Assembly (NCBI RefSeq): GCF_006345805.1
Contig: NW_021836993.1
Location: 1-21,988 of the forward strand
Direction: 5' to 3'
Source of the DNA: Octopus sinensis
Taxonomy: Eukaryota
Length of the DNA stretch: 21,988 nt
The notes below the pieces were generated by a model. That model saw only the letters and a list, made by a program, of their open reading frames with translations, searched no databases and was not told the DNA's origin. The translations under genes were made by a program, and so were the position numbers. Of the stretch, positions 10,425 through 21,549 are shown piece by piece; the stretch's first letter is position 1, and each line of letters opens with the position of its first letter.

Positions 10425-10513
10425 GGCGGCGAACTGGCAGAAACGTTAGCACGCCGGGCGAAAAGCTTAGCGGTATTTCGTCTGCCGTTACGTTCTGAGT
10501 TCAAATTCTGCCG
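10425..10513 (+). mobile_element. SINE family S2, tRNA-like head, 3'-truncated
   Basis: ggcggcgaactggcagaaacgttagcacgccgggcg...gagttcaaattctgccg with A-box-like and B-box-like motifs; 61/69 identical to the reverse complement of 9559-9627. Confidence 0.9.
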
Positions 10514-10744
10514 TCTCACGCATCCATTGTCATAGGAATTTATGAAATATAAAACGAATCAAGAAACTAAATCCTTCTTTCTTACCTAAAACATTGAATC
10601 TATGTTACTGAGTATTGTTCTTGTAGCATCTTGGCTCTTCTGTTATACAGAAATAGGAAGCAAGGATATCGAACGGCTCCAAGTTTACAGACCCATGGGG
10701 CCGGATCTTATCTAGATTTTCAAGCTTCAGACTGAAAGTACAAG

Positions 10745-10830
10745 ACGCTCCCTTCCCATGAACCGGACGCCAGTCCGTTGCAAGGCTGATCCACCCACCA
10801 AATGCTACATGTATCAGTAGTACAGCTGGG
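10745..10830 (-). mobile_element. Fragment of an S3-related SINE
   Basis: ggacgccagtccgttgcaagg is the reverse complement of a motif like gcgatggaatggcgtccc in 11050-11076. Confidence 0.45.
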
Positions 10831-10899
10831 GTAGGGGCCTGTCCGCCCCGGGTGACACTTTTATGGGAACAGCACTTTTGGGATCGCTGTATGAGCCTG

Positions 10900-11161
10900 T
10901 GTGGAGGCGCGCGGCTTAGTGGTCAGGGTGTCAGCATCATGATCGTAAGATTGTGGTTTCGATTCCTGGACCGGGCGATACGTTGGGTTCTTGAGCAAAA
11001 CACTTCATTTCACGTTGCTCCAGTCCGCTCAGCTGGCAAAAATGAGTAACGCTGCGATGGAATGGCGTCCCGTCCAGCTGAGGAACACATACGCCATAGA
11101 AACCGGGAAACCGGGTCCATGAGCCTGGCTAGGCTTTAAAAAGGGTGCATTTATTTTATTT
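10900..11161 (+). mobile_element. SINE family S3, full-length tRNA-derived SINE with 10-bp TSD
   Basis: A-box cggcttagtgg (10912), B-box ggtttcgattcc (10955), central ttcttgagcaaaacactt and gcgatggaatggcgtcccgtccag (V-domain-like by recollection), (ATTTT)n tail, TSD tatgagcctg at 10890-10899 and 11162-11171. Confidence 0.88.
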
Positions 11162-11559
11162 TATGAGCCTGCATAGGCTTCTGGAGGACTGGTGGGGTTC
11201 GAGGAGGACGACAAAATCAAGGGTTGCCCCAGGAAGTACATACACAAGACACGCCACTAACTGGTTCTCTTTTCCAGTTAAGCAGACTGAAACAACTCGA
11301 AATGAAATTCTTTACCAAAAGACAGGAAACTCCGAGAACCGAATCACCATGTAACAACGATGAATAATTTGTATCTCAACGAAAATACATGAGAAGTTAG
11401 ATCTCACATATATAAAAAAGGGGGTGGAGAGGGGACAGAGAAAGAAGAAAATGGAGTGGACACAAGTATTAGGTAAGCTACATGAGACGAATCTGTTAAT
11501 GGCAGTGCTAAAATATGCAAAGCTTTCCGGAATGTCAGTTGAGGCCTAAAGGAGAATGT

Positions 11560-11583
11560 AACGCATACATTCGTACATACAGA

Positions 11584-11623
<40 letters not shown>

Positions 11624-11912
11624 CACACATACATGCTCACTGACACACATGCACACATACACACGCATAATACATGCATATACGTATGTATACGCACACA
11701 TACACATTACTGTATGCATACGTACGCACACAAACGCATACACATATATACATAGATAGATATGGATAGAGAAATATAGATATAGACAGATAGATAGATA
11801 GGTAGATAGAGATATACACATGTATATGTGTGTGTATGAATGTATTTATATGTATATATGTATATATGCATTTATGTATATATATTTGTATGTATGCATA
11901 TATGCTAGGTAC

Positions 11913-11952
<40 letters not shown>

Positions 11953-12401
11953 GTATGTGTGTGTATGTGTGTGTGTGCGTGTGTATAAAGATTCTTGAAG
12001 AATTCTCTCTGTAAATCCTATTCCTATAAGTAATTCTGCATTATTGATGTTGCGTAAATTCCAAAGAGAGAAGCTTGTTTCTTAGTTGGAGAACGACTAT
12101 TCCATCGTTGGAAAACATTCGAGAATAAAGAACCTCTTGTGAAAGTTATATACGGGGACTTACGTGTGTGTGTATGTCATTGCATACACGCAGGCATACA
12201 TACATACATACATACATACATACATACATACAAGCATACATACATACATATATGCATACATGCAAGCATGCATACATACATGCATGCATACATACATTCA
12301 TACACACAAATACATATGCATGCATGCATGCCTACGTGCCTACATACATACATATCTCTCTCTCTCTCTATATATATATATATAATATATATATATATAT
12401 A
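11560..12401. repeat. Compound (CA)/(GATA)/(TG)/(CATA)/(TA) microsatellite fields with a short unique spacer (~11985-12160)
   Basis: Tandem units visible. Confidence 0.92.
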
Positions 12402-15400
12402 AACTTAGAATAACTTAGAAAGGTTTTTGGCCAGTATTGGCCCAGGCCATGTCTAACTTAATAGCACCACCTGGCGAAGTCTTTCAGTTCAGGATTTGGG
12501 CACCAAGGCCCATTCGAGCAGAGAGTATGTTTGCGGAGACATATCGGGTTGTGGGTGGTTTGTCCGGTACTGTTTGAAGGAATTTGTCCAAAGACTTCTT
12601 GAATTTTGTGTGTGTGGTCAGTTTCTTTTTGACGTGTCCTGGTGTAATGTTGAAGAGAGCGGGTCCAATTGAGGTGAAATAGTTGTGCCGTATTGTCGTT
12701 ATGTGATGCGATTTAGATTTTTGTTGTGGACGGATGGCACGTGGTCCAAGCCTTGGATGCATTTTGAAGGTGATGCCAACATCATTCGGACAGTGCTGAT
12801 GGAATATTTTCCACATCATACAGATAATGTAGCGTTCACGGCGTCGTTGGAGTGAATACAATTTCAGCTTCTCTAGTCTACCCCAGTAGTCAAGGTCTGA
12901 CATGCCATCTATCTTTTTTGTGATTGACCTTTGGGAGCTTCAATTCTCATAATATTTGTTTTGTGTAGGGGAGACCACAGTGGACAGCAGTATTCAAGGT
13001 GGGGTCGGGCAAAAGTGGAGAAGAGAAGGATAATAGCGTGGAATCTCTCGACTGGAAGGTTCTGAGAATCCAGGAACACATTCTGCGGGCCATGTCAACT
13101 TTGCTGCTTATATGTGTAGCCCAGCTTATGTTGTTGTCCACTGTTACTCCAGGTCTTGATGTTGTTGGATGCCATGAGAATTTCTCCAGAAGGAAGAGAG
13201 TATGGGAGTTTCAGAGCGTCCTCCCTTCCAAAGTGGATCAGTTCGAATTGTCTTCATTTAGCAACATGTACTCTTTTCCGCCCATTGGACAACAGCCAGT
13301 AGGTCTGACTGAAGGTTTATCGGTCATCCACGCCATTGATGACCTTCTGGAGCTTGGAATCATCAGCGAAGGTTCTGATGGTGCTGTGTTTGATGGTGTC
13401 AGTAATATCATTTATGTAGATGATGAAGAGAAGTGGGCCCAACACAGTGCCTTGTGGGACACCACTGCTGACTTTGGCTGGGCTGGATTTGACTCCTTCG
13501 ACTACAACATGTTGGGTTCTGTTAGAGAGGAAGCACTTGATCCATTGCAGCAGCTTTCCAGTGACACCAATATTGGACAGCTTTCTCAGAAGGATCTTAT
13601 GATCAACCCTGTCAAAGGCCTTGCTGAAATCAAGGTAGATGACATCAGTGTTGGAACCTCTCCCAAGGCTCTCAAAATGTCATCAAAATGATGCAGTAGC
13701 TGCGTCAGGCAATCTCTCCCATTACGGAATCCATGCTGTTGGGGTTCAGCATATTATGACTCTCAAGGAAGTGAGTCATACGCGATCTCAGCACCCTCTC
13801 AAATACCTTGATGATATGAGAGGTGAGTGAGATTGGACGGTAATTCACGGCAAGCGATTTGTTTCCTTTTTTGAAAACTGGGACAACAGACTGGGATAGA
13901 AGGTCTTCTGGTATATATCCAGCATCCAATGAGATCCGCCACAGATTGGCTAGAGGGGGTGCAAGTGGGTTTTGACACATCTTCAAGACACAAGCAGGGA
14001 ACCTATCGGGACCTACTGCTGTAAATTATGCTTCATTTCCTTTATTGCTGCTAAGACATCAGGAGCGCCAAATGTTATGTCCGATAAAGTGATTGGGGAG
14101 TAAACATCACTGATACAGCCCAGATCAGTCATATCAGGATTGCTGAAAACAGAGCAATATGTTTCTGCAATTATTTCTCCCATGGTTTTGGCATTGTCTT
14201 GAAGAGTACCATTTTCATCAATCAGAGGGCCAACAGTAGAACCAGTGACTCTGTGTTTTTTTGCAAATGAAAAGAACACTTGGGATTGAGTTTGATCTTC
14301 TCAATGGCCCAGGCCTCTTCAGCTCTTCGCTGACTATTGATGATAGACATCATGTTGTTTTGGAGTTTATGTTTTTTAATCTCTAGCGACGAGATGGCAG
14401 TCAGGTGGTGTGTTGCTGTTGACAGTATTTCAGCATGTTGATCTTTTTGTTGATTCTTTTAATTTTCCTTATGAGAGATTTTCTATTTCTAGGGATTCGA
14501 CACTTAGATTTGTTTGCAGATCTTAATGGGGTGTGCCTTGCACATATGTTCGTGATGGGTCTACAAGTGACTGCCAGGACTTTTTGATGTTAGTGGGTGT
14601 GTATGTGTGCGTGAAGGACCAATCGACTTTGTGCAAGATCATTATTGATCGCTTCCCAGTTTGCATTGTGGAAATCCATAGTGTCAAATGGATGAGCAGG
14701 AGGGATGACATTTGTTTTGCATTTTGGCCAGTGAAATCTCAGATCACAGAGAACCATGTCATGGTCGGAGAGTAGGGTTTCTCCACTGCAATATTGTGGA
14801 TAGTATCAGTGTGATTGCTGAAAATTAAGTCTAAGACGTTTTTGTGACATCTCGTTGGTTCGAGTACCAGTTGGGACAAGAAGAAGTCATCCATGAAGTC
14901 AAGAAGCGATTCCACTGCCTCCCTGTCAGGGGTTGAGAGAGAAGAACCTGGCGGCAGACTGTGTAGACCAGTCAACCCCGGGAAGGTTGAAATCTCCCAT
15001 CATTAAAATGTTGTCAGGTTGACACTGCTGAATGAAACACTTTATGCTGTTGAGGCATTCCTTGAAGCATGGTAGGGGCGGTTTGGGTGGTCTGTAGAGC
15101 CCAACTACTGTTAAGTTGTTGGTTTGACTGAATACAGCGACTGCTTCGCAGATCCATTCGAAAATATGTTCATGGCTTCTGTTGAGAATGAATCATGGAC
15201 ATAAATGGCAGTCCCACCCTTTCTTCTGCAACACGATCAGCACGAATGTTTTGAAATTTTTAACTTTCACCTCGGCTTCCAAGTGGAGGTCACTAAGATG
15301 GGTTTCAGTGGGACGAAGAAAGGATGTGTTTGGATGGGCCTCGACCCAGTCCTCCAGGAATCTTATCTTCCATTTTTGTGTATTGGTGGAAGGGCTGATG

Positions 15401-15570
15401 CCTTGGGCATTAAGCAGAAATGTTGAGGCGAGAGTGGATGGTTTTAATTGTTTTGGTGATTTGTTTATTTGATTGCTTTTTAATGGCATGTGTAGTGGGG
15501 TGGGTAATAGTGGTGGATGTGGGGTGGGTGATAGCTCGGATGTTTTTCTCCAGTCTTTTGCTAGATTCAT
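12402..15570 (-). mobile_element. CR1-group (CR1/L2/Jockey superclade) non-LTR retrotransposon: near-complete ORF2 (APE endonuclease + RT) with 3' UTR, frameshifted, no ORF1 visible
   Basis: APE motifs LLNAQG..TETHL, EPTR..NVLDLIFSN; RT motifs PVFKKGNKSLAVNYRPISLTS, HGFR, DVIYLDFSKAFD, SGVPQGTVLGPLLF, FADD (13359-13370); C-terminal RPHLEYC..WSP and LKLYSLQRRRER. The 3' end is a tandem ttctaagtta-ttctaagtt. Confidence 0.95.
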
Positions 15571-15605
<35 letters not shown>

Positions 15606-15794
15606 CATACATATATTCATATGTGCATGCATGCATGCATTTCATCCATCCATACATGCATATAGGCATGTATGCATACATACATAATACATACAGACGT
15701 AGATTTGTACTCGCGCATAAAATATATATTATGACCAAATAGAAAATTTATGAATATATATATATATATATATATAATATATATATATATATAT

Positions 15795-15829
<35 letters not shown>

Positions 15830-15832
15830 ATA

Positions 15833-15873
<41 letters not shown>

Positions 15874-15915
15874 TATATATATATATATACTTATATTATA
15901 TATAATATATATATA

Positions 15916-15963
<48 letters not shown>

Positions 15964-15967
15964 TTAT

Positions 15968-16005
<38 letters not shown>

Positions 16006-16150
16006 CCTATACACTACGAACATGCATACATTTATACAAACGTTCATATGTACATTCATATATATATATATATATACGAGCATCCAGTACATCCGTCGAT
16101 TCATACAGAAATCTGTACACACACACCAACACACACAAATACACATACAC
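15571..16150. repeat. (TA)n/(CATG)/(GATA)/(CA) compound microsatellite
   Basis: Tandem units visible. Confidence 0.95.
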
Positions 16151-17460
16151 ATGCTACTCTATTTGTACACATTCCCATGATTCTCCGTCTTTCGATATCT
16201 CTAAAATTTAGTTTTTTTCAAGGCGTCTATCCCCCACCAGTTTTTGCGCATATATTCGACAAGTACTGATTCCCATCGTAATACTTTGTATGTACCTTAA
16301 TCTTTTCTTCACCGACTGCATCCCACAAACTTAACTCCACATAATAATGGTATACCGTAAATCCTAGAGTATAGTCCGCCCTTGAGTATAATACGCTGGG
16401 GATTTTTAGGGGGCTGTACCTCTGTAGAACCTAAACCTTGTGTATAGTACGCACCCCTTCTCTAACTTGAGTCAAGGAGGTCTATATAACGTCCTTGGTT
16501 TGTAAAAATGTATACGGTAACGTCCTTTATTATTATTGTATACATAACATAATGCAAACGTGTAGCTTTTTTGTGCATTTTGTTTGCAGAAAATAAAGAA
16601 ATAACAGTAATAACGTTTAATAAATGTTGCTTACTGCAAGTTATGGATGATTCTTTTATGACTTCATTGCTTTCAGGCTTAGCTTAAGGTATTTTCACAT
16701 CCGACATCACAAAATGTGTGTGAATAAACATTGCCGGACAACAAATAGAGACTCGGACATTGCTTAGAAAATATGTTTCATTTTTAACCTCGTGTATAAT
16801 ACGCACCAGGGATTTTGACCTTTAAATTTTGGTGAAAAATGCGGATTATACTCGAGGATTTACGGTATTTCTATAGAATACAGTTTTCTCAAATGTTGCT
16901 CCCAAGAAACGTTCTTTACTTTCTTCAACATTTTAAGATATGCTCTCTATTTCTTTCATAAATATCCATCATGAAGTTCCATATATCTATACCTTTTCTA
17001 CCAAACACTATTTCGATGTCATTAGATAAATCTGACTCCAATATTACAAATATCTTACTTATTGCTGATCATACCCATGCAGCTCTTACTTCTCTGGCTC
17101 TCTTTACGCTTTCAGTCCATGATCCCATGATATTTGAAGTCCTTTACACACTTCAAGTTTGCACCGTTTGATGATATAATGTGTTCTCATGGCTGATTGA
17201 AAACCATAAACTCAGTCTTATCGTCACTGCCGTGTAGTCCGCTCTTGTTTTATGGTTTATTCAACTTCCAGAAATAGTCAGACTTCCTTGATAAGGTTAG
17301 AAGTAAGAGCTAGATCGTCTGCATATTCTGTATCGGTAATAATAGTTGTAGAATGTCGTCTGCTTTTTTTTTTTGGAAGAGTGATTTGAAAACCTGTTTC
17401 TTCTGTCGTTTGATGTTGCGATTTAATCCAAGGCCACAATGAATAGAAGTGCAGGAATGA
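16150..17460 (-). mobile_element. Decayed RTE-clade LINE, 3' half of RT region, interrupted by a MITE at 16355-16865
   Basis: Minus-strand translation: PALLFIVALD, KSRRHSTTIITDTEYADDLALTSN (YADD at 17314-17325), KTEFMVFNQ..LKCVKDFKY, KNVSWEQHL; past the MITE, KFVGCSR*RKD..KVLRWE and KDGESWE. Confidence 0.85.
16355..16865. mobile_element. Tc1/mariner-superfamily MITE (Tc2-like CCGTA ends), 511 bp
   Basis: 25-bp TIRs ccgtaaatcctagagtatagtccgc (16355-16379) and gcggattatactcgaggatttacgg (16841-16865), 2 mismatches; TA TSD at 16353-16354 and 16866-16867; no ORF. Confidence 0.92.
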
Positions 17461-17700
17461 ATGTGTATAGATGTACGAAAGTACGTATGTATGTGTGTAT
17501 GTATGTATGTATGTATGTATGTTGTATGTTTATGTATGTATGTATGTATGTATGTATGTATGTATGTATGTATGTATGTATGTATGATGTATGTATGTAT
17601 GTATGTATATGCAAGTTTATACAAGTATATGCATGAGAAGATATACATAAAACAAAACATACAAATATGCACGTATACATACATACACACAAAAACACCC
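17460..17700. repeat. (ATGT)n microsatellite and degenerate flank
   Basis: Tandem atgt units at ~17480-17610. Confidence 0.95.
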
Positions 17701-17829
17701 TGTTGATGTCGTTGAAATTCCAATGAAGGAGTCTTGGATCTAGGTTAGAAACCGGCTCTTTCTCTGTTGGCAATAAAGCTTGAAATAAAATTGAATAATG
17801 ACATACATACATACATAATACATACATGC

Positions 17830-18575
17830 ATGTAAAGCAGTCCCTAAAGAAGGTCAGAGTTATCGCCGGAAGTCCTGGCAGTATGGTTAGACTATAAAAA
17901 GCGTTTCTCTCAGCTTATCAGACGTGTTTGTGAATGTGTGTGCGCCTTGCCAAGTTTTCCGCTCTGAAACTCGAAACCACGAATTTTCTCTTTTCAACAT
18001 GATCCATTCACTAAGAAACAAAGCTATTAGAATAGTCACAAAAGTCACAAACAGAATCAGATTATCGACAGAAATATTCCAGGCTGACAGCTTATCTATA
18101 TTGCTGTTCGTCCTGGCTTGTGAACAACCTGCCAGCCTTGTTTAGGAAAATGCCAAGGTTACATCTTAGGAGAGAGAAAAAGCTAATGTCACCTATACAT
18201 TTTTTATCGACGACCTTATGTTGTATTCAGAGATATTCACGACACAAAGTGACAGTTAGAGTATTTTTATGGCATATAGGAATGGAGTTAGTGAGGTTGT
18301 AGTTGTATTTATTAGTGAATCGTGGTGAGAAGCTATATGCTTTTACATTCCCAGAACAGGAAATTGCAATGAAATAACTCCACGAATAAAAATGACCAGA
18401 ATGCCCGTAAACTATACTTTAATTCCAGAAATGAGTCACTGAAATAAAATAAAATAGAATAAAATAAAATAAAATAAAAGATCCTTTAGGGCCGAGCAAA
18501 AGCAATGAAAAGCTCTGGAAGTCCTTAAAAGAGCCCTTAAGTATTTCAGCTGATCACTTACATTTATAGCTGTAT
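17830..18575 (+). mobile_element. Decayed R4/Dong-clade LINE, RT region
   Basis: Frameshifted translation KAVPKEGQSYRRK / LAVWLDYKK, RIRLSTEIFQADSLSILLFVLA (cf. GIFQGDSLSPLLF), TFFIDDLMLYS (cf. LFMDDLKLY), TVRVFLWHIGMEL (cf. TVRIFSxDIGMEFG). Confidence 0.78.
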
Positions 18576-18909
18576 TTATGATGTATTGAGGGATATTCAT
18601 GGCCCCAAGTGACAGTTAGAAATAGTCGCAGTATTTTTATGGTATATAGGAATGGAGTTAGCGATTCATAAGTGAATCGCAGTGAGAAGCTATTGCAAAA
18701 GCAATCCCGGAACAGAAAATTGCAATGAAATAACTTGACGTAAAAAAACGACCGGAATGCTCGTAAACCAATTTTAATGCCAGAAATGACAGTCTGAAAA
18801 AAAATATAAATAGATAAAATAAAATAAAGGATCCTTTGGGGCCAAGCAAAAGCAATGAAAGGCTCTGGAAATCCTTAAAAAAAGCCCTCGAGTATTTCAG
18901 CTGATCACT
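18216..18909 (+). repeat. Diverged tandem duplication, unit ~350-360 bp
   Basis: 18216-18558 and 18576-18909 share colinear blocks, e.g. aagtgacagttaga, tataggaatggagttag, attgcaatgaaataac, gcaaaagcaatgaaa, agtatttcagctgatcact. Confidence 0.93.
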
Positions 18910-19129
18910 CATATTGTCAGTATACCAGCTAGCACAAGAGAAAATCTATATAAATGGCCTGTCTATTCTCTTAATGTTATCTGCCTGGAATAAAAAAAAA
19001 AACAGGCATGGGAAGACCTTAGGCTAGTGTTCAAGTATTTCGGTCGGTGATTCCCAATTTTGGCTCATCAAGAAGAACTGCACGCAAAGAGGTTTTTCAT
19101 GTCCTCTGCATTCAACGAAATAAATTACA

Positions 19130-19594
<465 letters not shown>

Positions 19595-19797
19595 TAGGGA
19601 GAATTTACGAAAAAAAAAGAAACAAAAGACGAAGACAGGTGGTGTATAAAACAAACAGATGTATTAGTATGACGCTCGGGAATTGAAAAAGTCTTTAACA
19701 TTTCGAGCCTACGCTCTTCTACAGAAAGGAACACAGAAAGAATCAAGGAGAGAAAAAATATTTGTAGTGGCTACCGATCTATCATGGCGACTGCCGG
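19595..19797 (-). mobile_element. ~200-bp interspersed repeat (copy 2) with hammerhead-like motif
   Basis: Colinear with 6992-7185; abuts (TG)n, i.e. a (CA)n tail on the minus strand. Confidence 0.8.
19693..19728 (-). ncRNA. Minimal type-I hammerhead-ribozyme-like motif, non-canonical core (activity unproven)
   Basis: Minus strand reads CUUU-CUGUAGA-A-GAGC(GUAG)GCUC-GAAA-UGUU-AAAG. Confidence 0.45.
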
Positions 19798-20349
19798 CCA
19801 GAAGGGTCACACAGGAGAGCTAAGAATTAGGGGAGATAACAAAGTAGCAGTGGTCCCAAAACGAAGGTGCGCGTGTGTAAAAGAGTACGTATGTGCGTGT
19901 GAAAGAGGGCCGGTGATCTTGACGTGTGCGTGTGTGTATGTGTAGGGGTGAAAATGTGGGGATCGAAATTGGTCCGTGGTGGTGTGTGCGTGGTGGTGTG
20001 TTGTGATGTGATGTGTAGTGTGGTATGGTGTAGAGTGGTGTGGGGTGATGGTGTTGGCAGGTGGGGGAGGTGAGAGTGGGGAAAGCATGGGTGGGGTGTG
20101 GGTAGAGGTGGGGTATATGTAGGTAGGCAGAGGCTGGGGATGTATATATATATATATATAATATGTTTTAATAATGAAGTCTAATCAAATAGTGGGTACA
20201 CATACACGCTCGCTACTCCCCACACATGCATATAAATATATAGATAGATAGATATATCTATAAAATATACAATATTATCAATAGGAAGAACTGTCATGAG
20301 TCATATTAAAGAGCAGACCTAACCCAGAAAGAATTCACGTCTTTAAAAT

Positions 20350-20545
20350 TAAAGAATACTGGAGGAACATTCCAATAAGAACGGTGATCCAGCACAAACA
20401 TAACAGAGAAAACCTAATACTGTTTTATGGGACAAAGAATAAAAGTCATGCGTAGTTTAGATACCGGTAATTATTAAAATAAATAACATACGGGAATAGG
20501 TGCCAATGTCTTGATTAAGATTCCGTACAATGAGAACAAGTATGA
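20350..20545 (+). mobile_element. Probable R4/Dong REL-endonuclease fragment
   Basis: YWRNIPIRTVIQHKHN / KPNTVLWDKE*KSCVV resembles the W..PI.T....HNKPDIVxWDK PD-(D/E)xK region. Confidence 0.5.
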
Positions 20546-20556
20546 TGAACCAGACG

Positions 20557-20761
20557 CTTTACTCTTTTACTTGTTTGTCATTTGACTGTGGCCATGCTGG
20601 AGCACCGCCTTTTAGTCGAGCAAATCGACACCCGAGACTTATTCATTGTAAACCTAGTACTTATTCTATCAGTCTCTTTTGCCGAACCGCTAAGTTACTG
20701 GGATGTAAACACACCAACATCGGTTGCCAAGCGATGTTGGGGGACAAACACAGACACACAA

Positions 20762-20824
<63 letters not shown>

Positions 20825-21018
20825 AATATATATATATATATATGTATACATGTATGCGACAGGCTTCTTTCAGTTTCCGTCTACCAAATCCACTCTCAAG
20901 GCTTTGATCAGCCCGAGGCTATAGTAGAAGACACTTGCCCAAGATGCCACGCAATGGCACTGAACCCACAACCATGTGGTTGGTAAACAAGCTACTTACC
21001 ACACTGCCACTCCTACGC
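20557..21018 (-). mobile_element. SINE family S1, near full-length (tRNA head + internal microsatellite + 3' domain)
   Basis: Minus strand: gcgtaggagtggcagtgtggtaag (A-box-like), gggttcagtgcc (B-box-like), core cttgggcaagtgtc, internal (TA)/(TG) tract, 3' domain ending aagtaaaagagtaaag; five partial copies elsewhere in the window. Confidence 0.93.
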
Positions 21019-21289
21019 TCCTAGAGCAGAACTTACAGCATTTGTATTTTTACTTTAGGTTATCTCTTGTATTTGTTATCAGAATATTCCACAGATTGTC
21101 CATTATAATTTCTTGGATTGAACGTATATACGTCGTTGCATATGCATACACGGCTTACTTAGAAATGGTGATCGCTCCATCCTCACAGATAAGTGCTGTC
21201 CCTTTGTGCTTCTTCGTTATCAGTAGCATTCCTGAGTTTCCATCCATGACATCACAGATGACTATCCAGTCCCGTTGCAGATCTGCATG

Positions 21290-21486
21290 ATTTGAAGCAT
21301 AGTTGACAGACGAAAGTACCTATCATTACTGGAACAACAGTAAACATACCAACAGTCTGGGGCAAAGTATGGTTGAACTTGGAATCTTGGGGAGAGAACG
21401 CAGATCATTTGTAGGATATACTTTGAATGATCACAATATTTGGAACCATAAAGATCTGCAAGACTATCTCAAGATTTAAAGGATGA
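21290..21486 (+). mobile_element. Probable C-terminus of an R4/Dong-clade ORF
   Basis: KVPIITGTTVNIP / VELGILGRERRSF / GTIKICKTISRFKG* (stop 21484-21486) resembles the PIIIGALG...LG...GTVKICKTF end of REL-type LINE ORFs. Confidence 0.55.
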
Positions 21487-21549
21487 TGGTTAAAACAAAA
21501 TACTTTGTTTCCCAACCTTGCTACCAAGTATGTGATCGGTCAAAATTTA

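Noticed and set aside
10153-10452. 99-aa ORF that looks like a globular protein
   Set aside because: Chimera of a SINE head and mixed mariner frames
10903-10975. tRNA-like sequences with A and B boxes (also S1 and S2 heads)
   Set aside because: No complete cloverleaf or acceptor stem is evident and each continues into a SINE body, so they are not tRNA genes
12999-13691. 230-aa plus-strand ORF
   Set aside because: Exactly antisense to the LINE RT core; shadow ORFs opposite RT sequences are common and nothing indicates independent coding
20530-20986. ORFs with shared peptides (MLEHRL..., EDTCPRCHA..., also at 7172-7495, 8107-8484 and 9037-9264)
   Set aside because: Translations of S1 SINE copies, not a gene family
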